Shown here piece after piece: positions 47,414 through 55,912 of a stretch of DNA of 64,000 nucleotides. This DNA is from an uncultured bacterium (lineage in GTDB: Bacteria > Patescibacteriota > Minisyncoccia > Phycocordibacterales > UBA9973). The translations under genes and the position numbers were made by a program. The notes below the pieces were generated by a model, which saw only the letters and a program-made list of their open reading frames with translations, did no database searches and had not been told where the DNA came from. The stretch is from NCBI GenBank assembly GCA_903894565.1, contig CAITQP010000011.1, forward strand, positions 6,515-70,514, given 5' to 3'. Numbering within the stretch: the first letter of the stretch is position 1; every line of letters starts with the position of its first letter.

Positions 47414-48307
47414 TTATTCATCATCGTCCGATTTTTTGTTTTTCGCGTTCGTCGTTTTTTTGTCAGGCTTACGCATTGCCTGTAACTCTGAGAGATACGA
47501 ATCACAAGTATTTTCGTCCACATGAGTTTTGTGGGCAACATACCTTGCTTGGTTATAGATGTCGATAACCTCGCGCATGTTTTGGGCCGTCACTTGGTTT
47601 TTTTTGATGTGCAGCACTCGTGCTACAAACGAAACTGGGTCGTTTGTTTCAGTGCACTTCAATAAAAACCTTGGGGAAAAGTAGTGTAGGTTGATCATCT
47701 TCTGAGTCAGAGTCGCCATGACCCAATACGAAGAATATGCGTAATTGTACCGCCTAGGATCCAGTGCTCGAGCACACGCCTCGGCCGAGGCTTCTTCAAA
47801 TTCGGAGTGCCTAGTTCCATGAAATTCGCCGTATTCCTCAAATTTACTTATTTGAGACTTTGTTAGTATCGTAAAGCATAAGCCATGCGATACGACAGCA
47901 CTGCCGTCAAGCAAGATTGTTAGTGTCTGCTTGTCTTGAGCGTTTGAGTTTGACACCGAATGAAATAATTCGTGCAGACACACGTGGAACAGGTGTTCCG
48001 TGTTGCAGATGTGGTCCTCTAAGTATTTATTATTTAAATAAATGTGCCTCGAGCACCCTAAGGCAAGCGGCCACTCCTTTCCAGGAGTGTCTACAATGGT
48101 TGTGTCTGTCACCCACAGGGTGTCGTACACGTTCAGATAATTTTTATTATAGGCCTCTGCGGCCTTTTGCATTGTCTCTTTGACAGAGTCCGTAAAGTTT
48201 GTCCTTTCGGCCCAAACTATCTTTACTCTGTTTTTGTTGCACGCTGTGGTGCCAACGAGGCAGGCGAATACTATCGCGGCCAGAATCAATTTAGTTGTGT
48301 ACTTCAT
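47414..48307 (-). CDS. Orphan lipoprotein, putative zinc metalloprotease
   Basis: Lipobox-like TTAC; HELFH followed by FEEA (gluzincin-like third ligand). Confidence 0.65.
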   Translation of the reverse strand: MKYTTKLILAAIVFACLVGTTACNKNRVKIVWAERTNFTDSVKETMQKAAEAYNKNYLNVYDTLWVTDTTIVDTPGKEWPLALGCSRHIYLNNKYLEDHICNTEHLFHVCLHELFHSVSNSNAQDKQTLTILLDGSAVVSHGLCFTILTKSQISKFEEYGEFHGTRHSEFEEASAEACARALDPRRYNYAYSSYWVMATLTQKMINLHYFSPRFLLKCTETNDPVSFVARVLHIKKNQVTAQNMREVIDIYNQARYVAHKTHVDENTCDSYLSELQAMRKPDKKTTNAKNKKSDDDE

Positions 48308-48526
48308 TTTATTTTGGTTTTTGAAATTGGTGACCTTTTTTGTCGATAGAAATTCAACCGAAAAGGTCACCAATCCAAGAACCGTATTTTTAAATATTTT
48401 GCTCATTATATCATAATATTGACTATATTGTCAATATATTATATAAACCAGAATAATGCTGGAAAATAAGGATAAATGGCATTTTACTTCATCATATTTC
48501 CATGCTATATTGAGAAAGTTTTCAAT

Positions 48527-48598
48527 GGCTCTATCGTCTAACGGTTAGGACACGGCCTTTTCAAGGCTGTAATCCGGGTTCGATTCCCGGTAGAGTCA
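48527..48598 (+). tRNA. tRNA-Glu (TTC)
   Basis: GGCTCTATCGTCTAACGGTTAGGACA-CGGCC-TTTTCAA-GGCTG...GGTTCGATTCC-CGGTAGAGTCA. Confidence 0.96.
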
Positions 48599-48690
48599 CA
48601 ACACATATACGTGTACTGCACCAACCCAAACACAATTGGGTTATTTTGACTTGTCAAAGGATTTGTTCTATTGTGAAGAAAAGATAAGCT

Positions 48691-49106
48691 ATGGCAAAAA
48701 TTGTAAAAGTACCTGATTGGATTGTACGAGTCGGTATTTTGCCGAGCGACATCTCTATTGCGATTGCGCCATATATCTTCTTGAATAGTTCATTGTATCA
48801 AGATTATATAACGGGCCAACCGAATTGGTTTACGCAGTCGATGATTGAGCACGAGACTGCTCACATCGAGCGTCAGCAGCAGTTTGGGGTCATCTTATGG
48901 CTCTGGCGGTATATAACTTCGAATAGTTTTTGTTTTCAAGAAGAAATCATCGCACTCAAACGTGAGATGGATGTCTACCGACAAAACAAAAACAATTTAG
49001 TACCGACAAGAAAGCGCGACTGCTTTCAAAGTTTTGGATATACCATGGCTGTGTATCGTACTTTGACGCCAAATGCGTGCTGGATGGTCTTTGGAATCAA
49101 AAATAA
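48691..49106 (+). pseudogene. HExxH (DUF4157-like) small zincin, frameshifted near 48990
   Basis: IEHETAHIERQ...FQEE. A plausible C-terminus (FSTDKKARLLSKFWIYHGCVSY...WNQK*) lies in another frame. Confidence 0.6.
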
Positions 49107-49170
49107 TGATAAAATACCGCCACTCAATACGGCGGTATTTTATATGCCATTTTGGTATACTACAAATACT

Positions 49171-49734
49171 ATGAGTGGAATGGAAATGAGTACTCCGATG
49201 TCACCTGAGAAATTTATGTTTCAGGTTTCGATTGCGACGCCAAATGATTGGCAGGAATGCAAGCGTGTGCGCGAGCTCGCGATTACGGGTGATGATGCGA
49301 GCATGTTTAATGCGACTCCAGAGAGCGTAGCGTTTGAACAAGCCAAAACCGAGGAAGAGTGGAAGACTGATCTGTCGAGCAACGAGCGATTTTATGTTTT
49401 GTCGCGAAGTGGTGGTGAAGCGATAGGCATGGGACGTGCGACAGAAATCAAAAGTCTGGGTGAGGGCACATGGGGAATTTTTAATGGATATGTACGTCCA
49501 GAATTTCGTGGCAACCATGTTGCGCAGGAAATGTTTGTGACTCGTTTACGCGAAATTCAAAATCGAGGAGGGAAGTTTGTGGTCACTTATATCCATGAAG
49601 ACAACGAGAAACAAATGAACTTGATCAAGAAATTTGGTTTTGAAAAATATGGAGAAAATCCAGCAGAAGCAGATCAGTTTGTTCGTTTTGGACTCGACCT
49701 TTCTCGTCCGATCGATTTTTCAAGTATTGAATAA
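49171..49734 (+). CDS. GNAT-family acetyltransferase
   Basis: YVRPEFRGNHVA...N---L-KKFGF motif; own TGGTATACT -10 element and an upstream terminator. Confidence 0.85.
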   Translation: MSGMEMSTPMSPEKFMFQVSIATPNDWQECKRVRELAITGDDASMFNATPESVAFEQAKTEEEWKTDLSSNERFYVLSRSGGEAIGMGRATEIKSLGEGTWGIFNGYVRPEFRGNHVAQEMFVTRLREIQNRGGKFVVTYIHEDNEKQMNLIKKFGFEKYGENPAEADQFVRFGLDLSRPIDFSSIE

Positions 49735-49737
49735 TGG

Positions 49738-49884
49738 GCAAAAAGAAAAGCCGTCGTTGATTAGCTTTTGCTTCTCAAACGACGACTCTGATGGATACTC
49801 TACCGCACATAAAATGCGGGAAAGCCTACTGTTTAGTTTTCATTCGTATGCACATTACAAGGGTTTTACACTTACTAAAACTTA
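49738..49884 (-). ncRNA. Candidate small RNA divergent from glmU
   Basis: TTGACG-17-TATGAT promoter (49918-49890); CCGCAT/GTGCGG hairpin; terminal hairpin with U-tract. Confidence 0.4.
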
Positions 49885-49954
49885 ATAACATCATAACACT
49901 ATAATTATATAGCGTCAAGTATGAGCCAACAGGGGATTTTGGTATAGTTTCTAC

Positions 49955-50695
49955 ATGCAAAAAACTGAAGTTGTTGTTCTCGCTGCTGGGTACGGCAAAC
50001 GCATGCAAAGCGATCTACCGAAGGTACTCGTGCCACTCCATGGCAAACCGCTCGTACAGCACGTTCTCGAGGCTGTGAAGGCTTCAGGTGTGACTGACAC
50101 ACCCATTGTGGTCGTGGGTCAGAAGCGTGAGCTCGTTATGACGACGCTCGGCTCTGAATATAGATATGTCGCTCAGCTTGAACAGCTTGGCACAGGTCAT
50201 GCAGTGCTCTCGGCAATGCCCGAGCTCGAGGAAAAGGTTGAGAATGTTCTTGTGCTCAATAGTGACGTACCATATATCAAACCGCATTCAATTCATATGC
50301 TCGCCGAAATGGCCGAAAATTCTGATGCCGTGCTCACGATGGCCACAGTACATGTATCAGATTTTGAGGATTGGCGTGCAGGGTTCGCAGATTTTGGCCG
50401 CATCATTCGCGACGAGAATGGTGATATCGTAAAAATAGTTGAGAAAAAAGATGCCACACCAGATGAGCTCAAAATCACCGAAGTAAATTCCGGCTCATAT
50501 TCGTTCAAAGCGAGTTGGCTTTGGAATCATCTCAAAGCGCTCAAAAACGAGAACGCACAAGGCGAATACTATCTCACCGATCTTGTCGGAATGGCGTGCG
50601 CCGAAGGCGCAGATATCGCATCAATTTCAATCGATCCCAAAGAAGCAATCGGCGTTAACACAAAAGAGCATCTAGATCTTTTGCATAAACTCTAA
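49955..50695 (+). CDS. glmU: GlmU-like nucleotidyltransferase (uridyltransferase domain only)
   Basis: LAAGYGKRM-SDLPKVL, QLGTGHAV and NAQGEYYLTD motifs; no hexapeptide acetyltransferase domain. Confidence 0.85.
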   Translation: MQKTEVVVLAAGYGKRMQSDLPKVLVPLHGKPLVQHVLEAVKASGVTDTPIVVVGQKRELVMTTLGSEYRYVAQLEQLGTGHAVLSAMPELEEKVENVLVLNSDVPYIKPHSIHMLAEMAENSDAVLTMATVHVSDFEDWRAGFADFGRIIRDENGDIVKIVEKKDATPDELKITEVNSGSYSFKASWLWNHLKALKNENAQGEYYLTDLVGMACAEGADIASISIDPKEAIGVNTKEHLDLLHKL

Positions 50696-50824
50696 CCGCG
50701 GGCACGCAAAAGAATACTCTTCCAAAGCACTCGCGGAACGCGACGGCGCGAGCGTGAGGCGTAAAATCCTTCAGGATTTTACGCCGGTGCTTGGGAAGAG
50801 TATTCTTTTGCGTGCCCGCGGTTA
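50693..50824. repeat. 132-bp MITE-like element with 31-bp perfect terminal inverted repeats
   Basis: TAACCGCGGGCACGCAAAAGAATACTCTTCC ... GGAAGAGTATTCTTTTGCGTGCCCGCGGTTA, with two internal hairpins. Confidence 0.8.
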
Positions 50825-51751
50825 CGCTTTGTGCTTATGTAGCCAGATATAGATATCTTCGAGTGCGCGAACGGCGTCGCCTGCGGCGATATTGTTTTGG
50901 TGGTAGAGAACATCAGTGACGTCACCTGCAGACCAAATACCTTCGACTGATGTTGCTTGAGTACGTGGATCAATTTTGATTGAGCCAACGTCGTTCATGT
51001 CGACAATGCCTTTGACGAAACTTGAATTTGGAATTTGACCAACCTCGACGAAGATTCCTGAAGCGGAGATTTTTTCTTCCGTGCCATCTGTCTTGTGTTT
51101 TATTGTCATGCCTTCGACGAAATCTCCGCCATACACTTCGAGCATTTCGATTTCAGTTATTGCGCGGAATTTTGGATCTTTCTGCGTTTGTGTGACCGTG
51201 ATTTCGTCAGCGCGGAATTTGTCACTGCGGTTGAGTAATGTAACTTTGCTACAGTAGGCGAGAAGTTGTGCTGCAGTTTCGAATGCTGCGTTGCCTCCAC
51301 CAATGACAATGACTTCCTGTTCAGCAAAAAGTGGACCATCACATGACGCACAATACGTGAGACCCTTGTGTTCATATTCGCTAGCTCCTTTGATGTCGAG
51401 TTGTCGGCGGTTTGATCCAGTCGCAACGAGAATTGCGCGAGCATTCATCACATCTTTTTCTCCAATCGTTGCAGAAAAATTGCCCGCAGTACCTTCGATC
51501 TTTGTAACGTAACCACCCTCTTTGATAGTAAGAAAATCTCCAGCGTATTCGTAGACGTGAGCTTTCAAACTCTTTGCGAGATCAGCGCCACTAATGTGTG
51601 GAGTACCAATCCAATTTTGAATGTCAGTTGAGACAGTTGATTGTCCGCCAAACTCTCCGGCAACGAGTATTGTCTTGAGACGTTTGCGTGCGGCATAAAC
51701 TGCTGCGGCACTTGCTGCGGGGCCACCACCGATAATGAGAAGATCGTACAT
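50822..51751 (-). CDS. trxB: Thioredoxin-disulfide reductase (TrxB/AhpF-C-like)
   Basis: IIGGGPA, CASCDG, VIGGGNAA and AGDVT motifs. Confidence 0.88.
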   Translation of the reverse strand: MYDLLIIGGGPAASAAAVYAARKRLKTILVAGEFGGQSTVSTDIQNWIGTPHISGADLAKSLKAHVYEYAGDFLTIKEGGYVTKIEGTAGNFSATIGEKDVMNARAILVATGSNRRQLDIKGASEYEHKGLTYCASCDGPLFAEQEVIVIGGGNAAFETAAQLLAYCSKVTLLNRSDKFRADEITVTQTQKDPKFRAITEIEMLEVYGGDFVEGMTIKHKTDGTEEKISASGIFVEVGQIPNSSFVKGIVDMNDVGSIKIDPRTQATSVEGIWSAGDVTDVLYHQNNIAAGDAVRALEDIYIWLHKHKA

Positions 51752-51826
51752 AAAATAGATTGTGATTAGAATTGAAATGACAGCGTGAGCTGTCATTTCA
51801 AGTATACCAAGTGAGTCAAGTTCTGC

Positions 51827-53062
51827 CTACTTTTTTGGACGGCGGAGGAAAGCTGGAACTGCGCTCCAATCATCGGTGTCGTCGCCAAATGTTGGGATGT
51901 CGTCGCGTGTCGTCGCAACCTCGATTGTTTTTTCTACTGCTGGTCGTTTGACGAAATCACTTGCCATCGGTGCTGTAGCCTGAACAACAGGCTGTTCCTT
52001 TTTTGGTGCGGGAGCTACGGCTTCAGCGCGATCAACGGCCTGCACTGTCTGCTGAGCTGTCGCTTGAGCGAATGAGGCTTGGAAGAGTGAACGTTTTGGA
52101 TTGGTCTCTGTTGGGAAACCAGTCGCAATAACGGTGACTTTGACTTCGCCTTTTTTGAGACGATCGTCTTTGATTGTTCCAAAGATGACTTTTGCTTCTT
52201 TGTCGATTGATTCAGTGATGATTTTTGCAGCTTCCTGAATCTCGTGGATTGTGAGATCGTCGCCACCAGAGATTGCAAAGAGAACTCCGCGTGCTCCGTT
52301 GATTGAAACTTCGAGAAGTGGGGAATTGATCGCTTCAGTTGCGGCCTTTGCTGCGCGACCTTCACCTGAACCCATTCCAATACCCATGAGTGCGGTACCA
52401 GTATCAGCCATGATGGCCTTGATGTCGGCGAAGTCCACGTTGATGACTCCAGGAGTAGTAATGAGGTCAGAGATACCTTCGACTGCTTGTTGGAGAACAG
52501 AGTCACAGAGTGCGAATGCATCGCGGAATCCCATGTCCTTGCCGGCGATTTGCATGAGCTTGTCGTTTGGAATGACGATGATTGCGTCGACTTCTTTTTC
52601 GAGTTCACGAAGACCTTCTTCAGCAATGCGTGAACGCTGATTGCCTTCGAAGAAGAATGGCTTGGTGACAACTGCGACGGTGAGGATGCCTTGCTCTTTT
52701 GAAGATTTGGCAACGATAGGAGCAGCACCTGTACCTGTGCCTCCACCCATTCCACACGCAATGAAAACCATGTCAGAGCCCTTGATGACATCCTGAATTT
52801 CAGCTTTGGTTTCCTCTGCTGCGCGTTTGCCCACGTCAGGATTCATTCCTGCGCCGAGACCGCGAGTGAGATTTTTTCCAATGTGGATTTTCTTGTCTGC
52901 GAGTGAATTGTGGAGATCTTGCGTATCGGTATTCATCACGATGAATTCAACACCACGAACTTTGGCGTTGATCATGTGGTTGATGGCGTTCTTTCCGGAA
53001 CCTCCAACTCCGATGACTTTGATGCGGGCGAATGTCTCAACTTCAGGATTGATTTTGGGCAT
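51827..53062 (-). CDS. ftsZ: Cell division protein FtsZ
   Basis: GMGGGTGTGAAP, INVDFAD and C-terminal VPAFLRR. Confidence 0.99.
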   Translation of the reverse strand: MPKINPEVETFARIKVIGVGGSGKNAINHMINAKVRGVEFIVMNTDTQDLHNSLADKKIHIGKNLTRGLGAGMNPDVGKRAAEETKAEIQDVIKGSDMVFIACGMGGGTGTGAAPIVAKSSKEQGILTVAVVTKPFFFEGNQRSRIAEEGLRELEKEVDAIIVIPNDKLMQIAGKDMGFRDAFALCDSVLQQAVEGISDLITTPGVINVDFADIKAIMADTGTALMGIGMGSGEGRAAKAATEAINSPLLEVSINGARGVLFAISGGDDLTIHEIQEAAKIITESIDKEAKVIFGTIKDDRLKKGEVKVTVIATGFPTETNPKRSLFQASFAQATAQQTVQAVDRAEAVAPAPKKEQPVVQATAPMASDFVKRPAVEKTIEVATTRDDIPTFGDDTDDWSAVPAFLRRPKK

Positions 53063-53218
53063 AGAATAATAGGGCTAAAAGCTAGTAACGAACCTGCGTC
53101 ATTCTATCAGATATTAGAAAAAAGGAAATGGGTGCACAACACCCACATTTTCTATTGACAGGCGCTGTATTTGGCGTAGAGTTTAGGTAATAATTGAACG
53201 CATTTTAAAAAATATTTT

Positions 53219-53443
53219 ATGTTCTCGAAGAAAAAGGAAAGTTATCAGCCCAGTCAGGAAAATTATGATTTGGCGCTCAGTGAGCTAAGTGGTCTTCGCC
53301 CAATTCAGATTCTCGAAGACGAGGCGGGTATCATTGAAAACAAAAAACAAACCAAGAAGTTCTGGTTAGGTTTTTTGATTAAAGCCATGGTGGTAGGTGT
53401 AGCTATCGCAGCTTACATTGCTCATGCAATGCACAAAATTTGA
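53219..53443 (+). CDS. Orphan small membrane protein inserted antisense between ftsA and ftsZ
   Basis: TTGACA promoter at about 53155; one C-terminal TM; terminator-like hairpin at about 53463-53490. Confidence 0.55.
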   Translation: MFSKKKESYQPSQENYDLALSELSGLRPIQILEDEAGIIENKKQTKKFWLGFLIKAMVVGVAIAAYIAHAMHKI

Positions 53444-53488
53444 CTCATTGTTCACATTAAAAGCCCAGCCTTCAAGGTTGGGTATTTT

Positions 53489-54652
53489 TTATGGCAAAAA
53501 CTGTCGCAAGAATTCTTTGAAGAGTCCTGAACCTCCACCTGATGATCCACGAGACTTGCCGCTTGCTTCGTTTTCTTTGGCCATGAATCCGAGACCGAAC
53601 GCTACATACCATGATGAGTCACGAATCGGACTTTTCATTTGAGAGAGGACATCGTCGCTTGAGACGCGCGAGGGAAGACGTAACATATCTTTTGCGAGAC
53701 CCTCAACGAGCGCGTGCCCGCTTCCTCCTCCTGTAATCACGACTCCCGCTGGGAGCAAGCCACTACGTTTAATTTTTTTCAGATATCCATCAATCAATTC
53801 AAATATGTCAGACAAGCGAGCTTCAATGATATCGTCCACTTTGCGCTTTGGGTACGCCATGGTCATGACGCTTCCTGTTTTGATACCCTCGGCCTCTTCG
53901 AGTGAAATACGAAAACCAAGAGCGATGTCGTTGGTGATATCGGTTGAGCCAATTGGAAAGACTGACATACCGATGAGGGCGCCATTTTCAAAGACAGCAA
54001 TCGAAACAGTTTCAGCTCCGATATTTGCAAGCATGACGCCTACCGTACGCTGGCGATCGCTGAGTGCGATCGTACTTGCTGCGACTGATGAAGGTATAAC
54101 ATCTACGACTTCCATACCTGCTTCGCCTGCTGCAGAAAGCAAATCATCGAGGTGTTGTGAAAGGCAAGTAACAAAAACAACTTTTACTTCAAGTTTTACT
54201 CCGTGCATGCCAACGGGAGGATTGTTCATTTCTTTTCCATCAAGTTTCCACATCATTGGAGATTGATGAATGATGCGACGATTTTTGAGATCAAGTGATT
54301 CCTCTGCGCTCGTGAGAGCTGTCTTCGTATCAAACGCGGTCACTTCGCCATCTGATTTCGAGATGATCGCGCTTCCAACACCTGACTCAGCGGAGAGACT
54401 TGTTCCTCCAAGTGAGAAGGCCGCTTTTTTGATTTGAATATTTGCTTCTTTTTCAGCTTGAGTTACTGCACGTTTGATTGAGCCAGCTGCATCGGAAAGA
54501 TTGACGATATATCCGTGACGCATTCCTTTTGACGGAACAGAAACAGAAGCAAGGGTTTCAGGATTGCTTGCTCCAGGCGCCCACGAAAAAACCACACAGC
54601 GAGTGATTGCCGTGCCGAGATCTATACCGACGGTGATTGTGGGTCGAGCCAT
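53489..54652 (-). CDS. ftsA: Cell division protein FtsA
   Basis: GIDLGT, GMRHG-IVN, ITNDIA and AGVVITGGG motifs. Confidence 0.95.
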   Translation of the reverse strand: MARPTITVGIDLGTAITRCVVFSWAPGASNPETLASVSVPSKGMRHGYIVNLSDAAGSIKRAVTQAEKEANIQIKKAAFSLGGTSLSAESGVGSAIISKSDGEVTAFDTKTALTSAEESLDLKNRRIIHQSPMMWKLDGKEMNNPPVGMHGVKLEVKVVFVTCLSQHLDDLLSAAGEAGMEVVDVIPSSVAASTIALSDRQRTVGVMLANIGAETVSIAVFENGALIGMSVFPIGSTDITNDIALGFRISLEEAEGIKTGSVMTMAYPKRKVDDIIEARLSDIFELIDGYLKKIKRSGLLPAGVVITGGGSGHALVEGLAKDMLRLPSRVSSDDVLSQMKSPIRDSSWYVAFGLGFMAKENEASGKSRGSSGGGSGLFKEFLRQFLP

Positions 54653-54685
54653 GAAAAAGTGAGGAAAGAAATTCGCAAGAAAAAA

Positions 54686-55066
54686 TTACAAGAACTTTTT
54701 CAAAAATTTCTTTTCCGCTTTCTCCATTGTACTACCATGATCGTAACCTTTCAAATGAAGCATTCCGTGGATAACGAGAAAAAGTAAAAAATTGTCCGGA
54801 GTCATGTCAAAATTCACAGCATCAGCTCGCGAAGTTTTGAGATCAAGCACGAGTTCACCTGAATTTTTTTCGAATGGAAATGAAAGTACGTTTGTTGGTT
54901 TGTCTTTTTGACGATAGGTAAGATTGAGCTTGTGAGATTCTTTTGGAGTGACAAGCGCGACCGAAAGAGAATACTTTGGTCCGAGTATTGCGTCCTTTAC
55001 CTGCTCAAACGGCAAGCGTGGAAGCTTGCCGTTTGTTCTGTTGGTGATTGAGAAATCTCCAGTCAT
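54686..55066 (-). CDS. ybeY: Endoribonuclease YbeY
   Basis: KPTNVLSF and HGMLHLKGYDH motifs. Confidence 0.95.
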   Translation of the reverse strand: MTGDFSITNRTNGKLPRLPFEQVKDAILGPKYSLSVALVTPKESHKLNLTYRQKDKPTNVLSFPFEKNSGELVLDLKTSRADAVNFDMTPDNFLLFLVIHGMLHLKGYDHGSTMEKAEKKFLKKFL

Positions 55067-55329
55067 TATGCTTGTTTACGTGGAGCACCGCGTTCACGCT
55101 CTACCCATTTGCCGAGCTTCTTCAAACGCTCAACTTCTTTGCCTCGCTTGAGACGATTGATAGCTGATGTCTTGCGATCGAGCTTCGATGGTGCGCGGTC
55201 GTGGTAGCGCTGAGCTTTGACAGCACGGATGATGCCAGCCTCTTGTACGCGACGACTAAAACGACGGATGAGAGTCATGTTGCTCTCATTTGAAGCTTTT
55301 TTGACTTCGATTGTTGGTTTGCTATTCAT
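55066..55329 (-). CDS. rpsU: 30S ribosomal protein S21 (divergent CPR form)
   Basis: IEVKK--NES---LIRRF-R-VQ--G...RY...S pattern; basic. Confidence 0.75.
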   Translation of the reverse strand: MNSKPTIEVKKASNESNMTLIRRFSRRVQEAGIIRAVKAQRYHDRAPSKLDRKTSAINRLKRGKEVERLKKLGKWVERERGAPRKQA

Positions 55330-55513
55330 GCCGAATGAGGATACCACGAGAAAAGTGGAAACGCAAGTTGCCGAGTGAACAGTTTCTTAAATGGTATGCA
55401 CGGCGGCGAAGTAGGGCGCTGCTCATCCCGAATATATTTGATTTTAGATTATTGACAAGATTAAATATAAGTGGTACAATTAAAACAACTGAATAAAACA
55501 ACAGTTCTTTATC

Positions 55514-55864
55514 ATGGAAGATAATAAAGGTTTAATTATCGCTTTTTGTTTTTTGTGTGGCGTGTCGTTAGACGTAGCCGCAATGTTCTCCTATCAAGCG
55601 CCGCTTGACGGGATCGTGCTCTCATTTGTTGCGCTCCTTTTCGTGACGGCGGCGATTTGGGAATTCTCTGTTGAGAATTCCGTTTGGTCGTTCGGGCCAT
55701 TAATCGCAGATTTGATAATGATAGGAGCTATTTTTTCAATTCATGATCCTGTCAAAGCCAAAACGTATTATGAGACGGTTTTATTGATAACAATAGTACT
55801 ACCAATTATGCTTCCAATTATGGAAGTAGCCGTTGGTTATTATTGCAACAAGAAGCATGCATAA
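55514..55864 (+). CDS. Orphan 4-TM membrane protein
   Basis: TTGACA-17-TACAAT promoter; terminator at about 55883-55914. Confidence 0.6.
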   Translation: MEDNKGLIIAFCFLCGVSLDVAAMFSYQAPLDGIVLSFVALLFVTAAIWEFSVENSVWSFGPLIADLIMIGAIFSIHDPVKAKTYYETVLLITIVLPIMLPIMEVAVGYYCNKKHA

Positions 55865-55912
55865 ATTTAAGCGCAAAAAAGTAAGGTCCCCGACAATTGT
55901 TGGGGACCTTTT

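Noticed and set aside
48691-49734. 347-aa zincin-GNAT fusion ORF in the track
   Set aside because: It arises from a frameshift and reads through a terminator hairpin (about 49111-49141) and a promoter. Two separate genes fit better.
52015-52791. 258-aa alternative-frame ORF inside ftsZ, and similar shadow ORFs in dnaK, rpoA and valS
   Set aside because: Ser/Leu-rich frame artefacts of codon bias in highly expressed genes.
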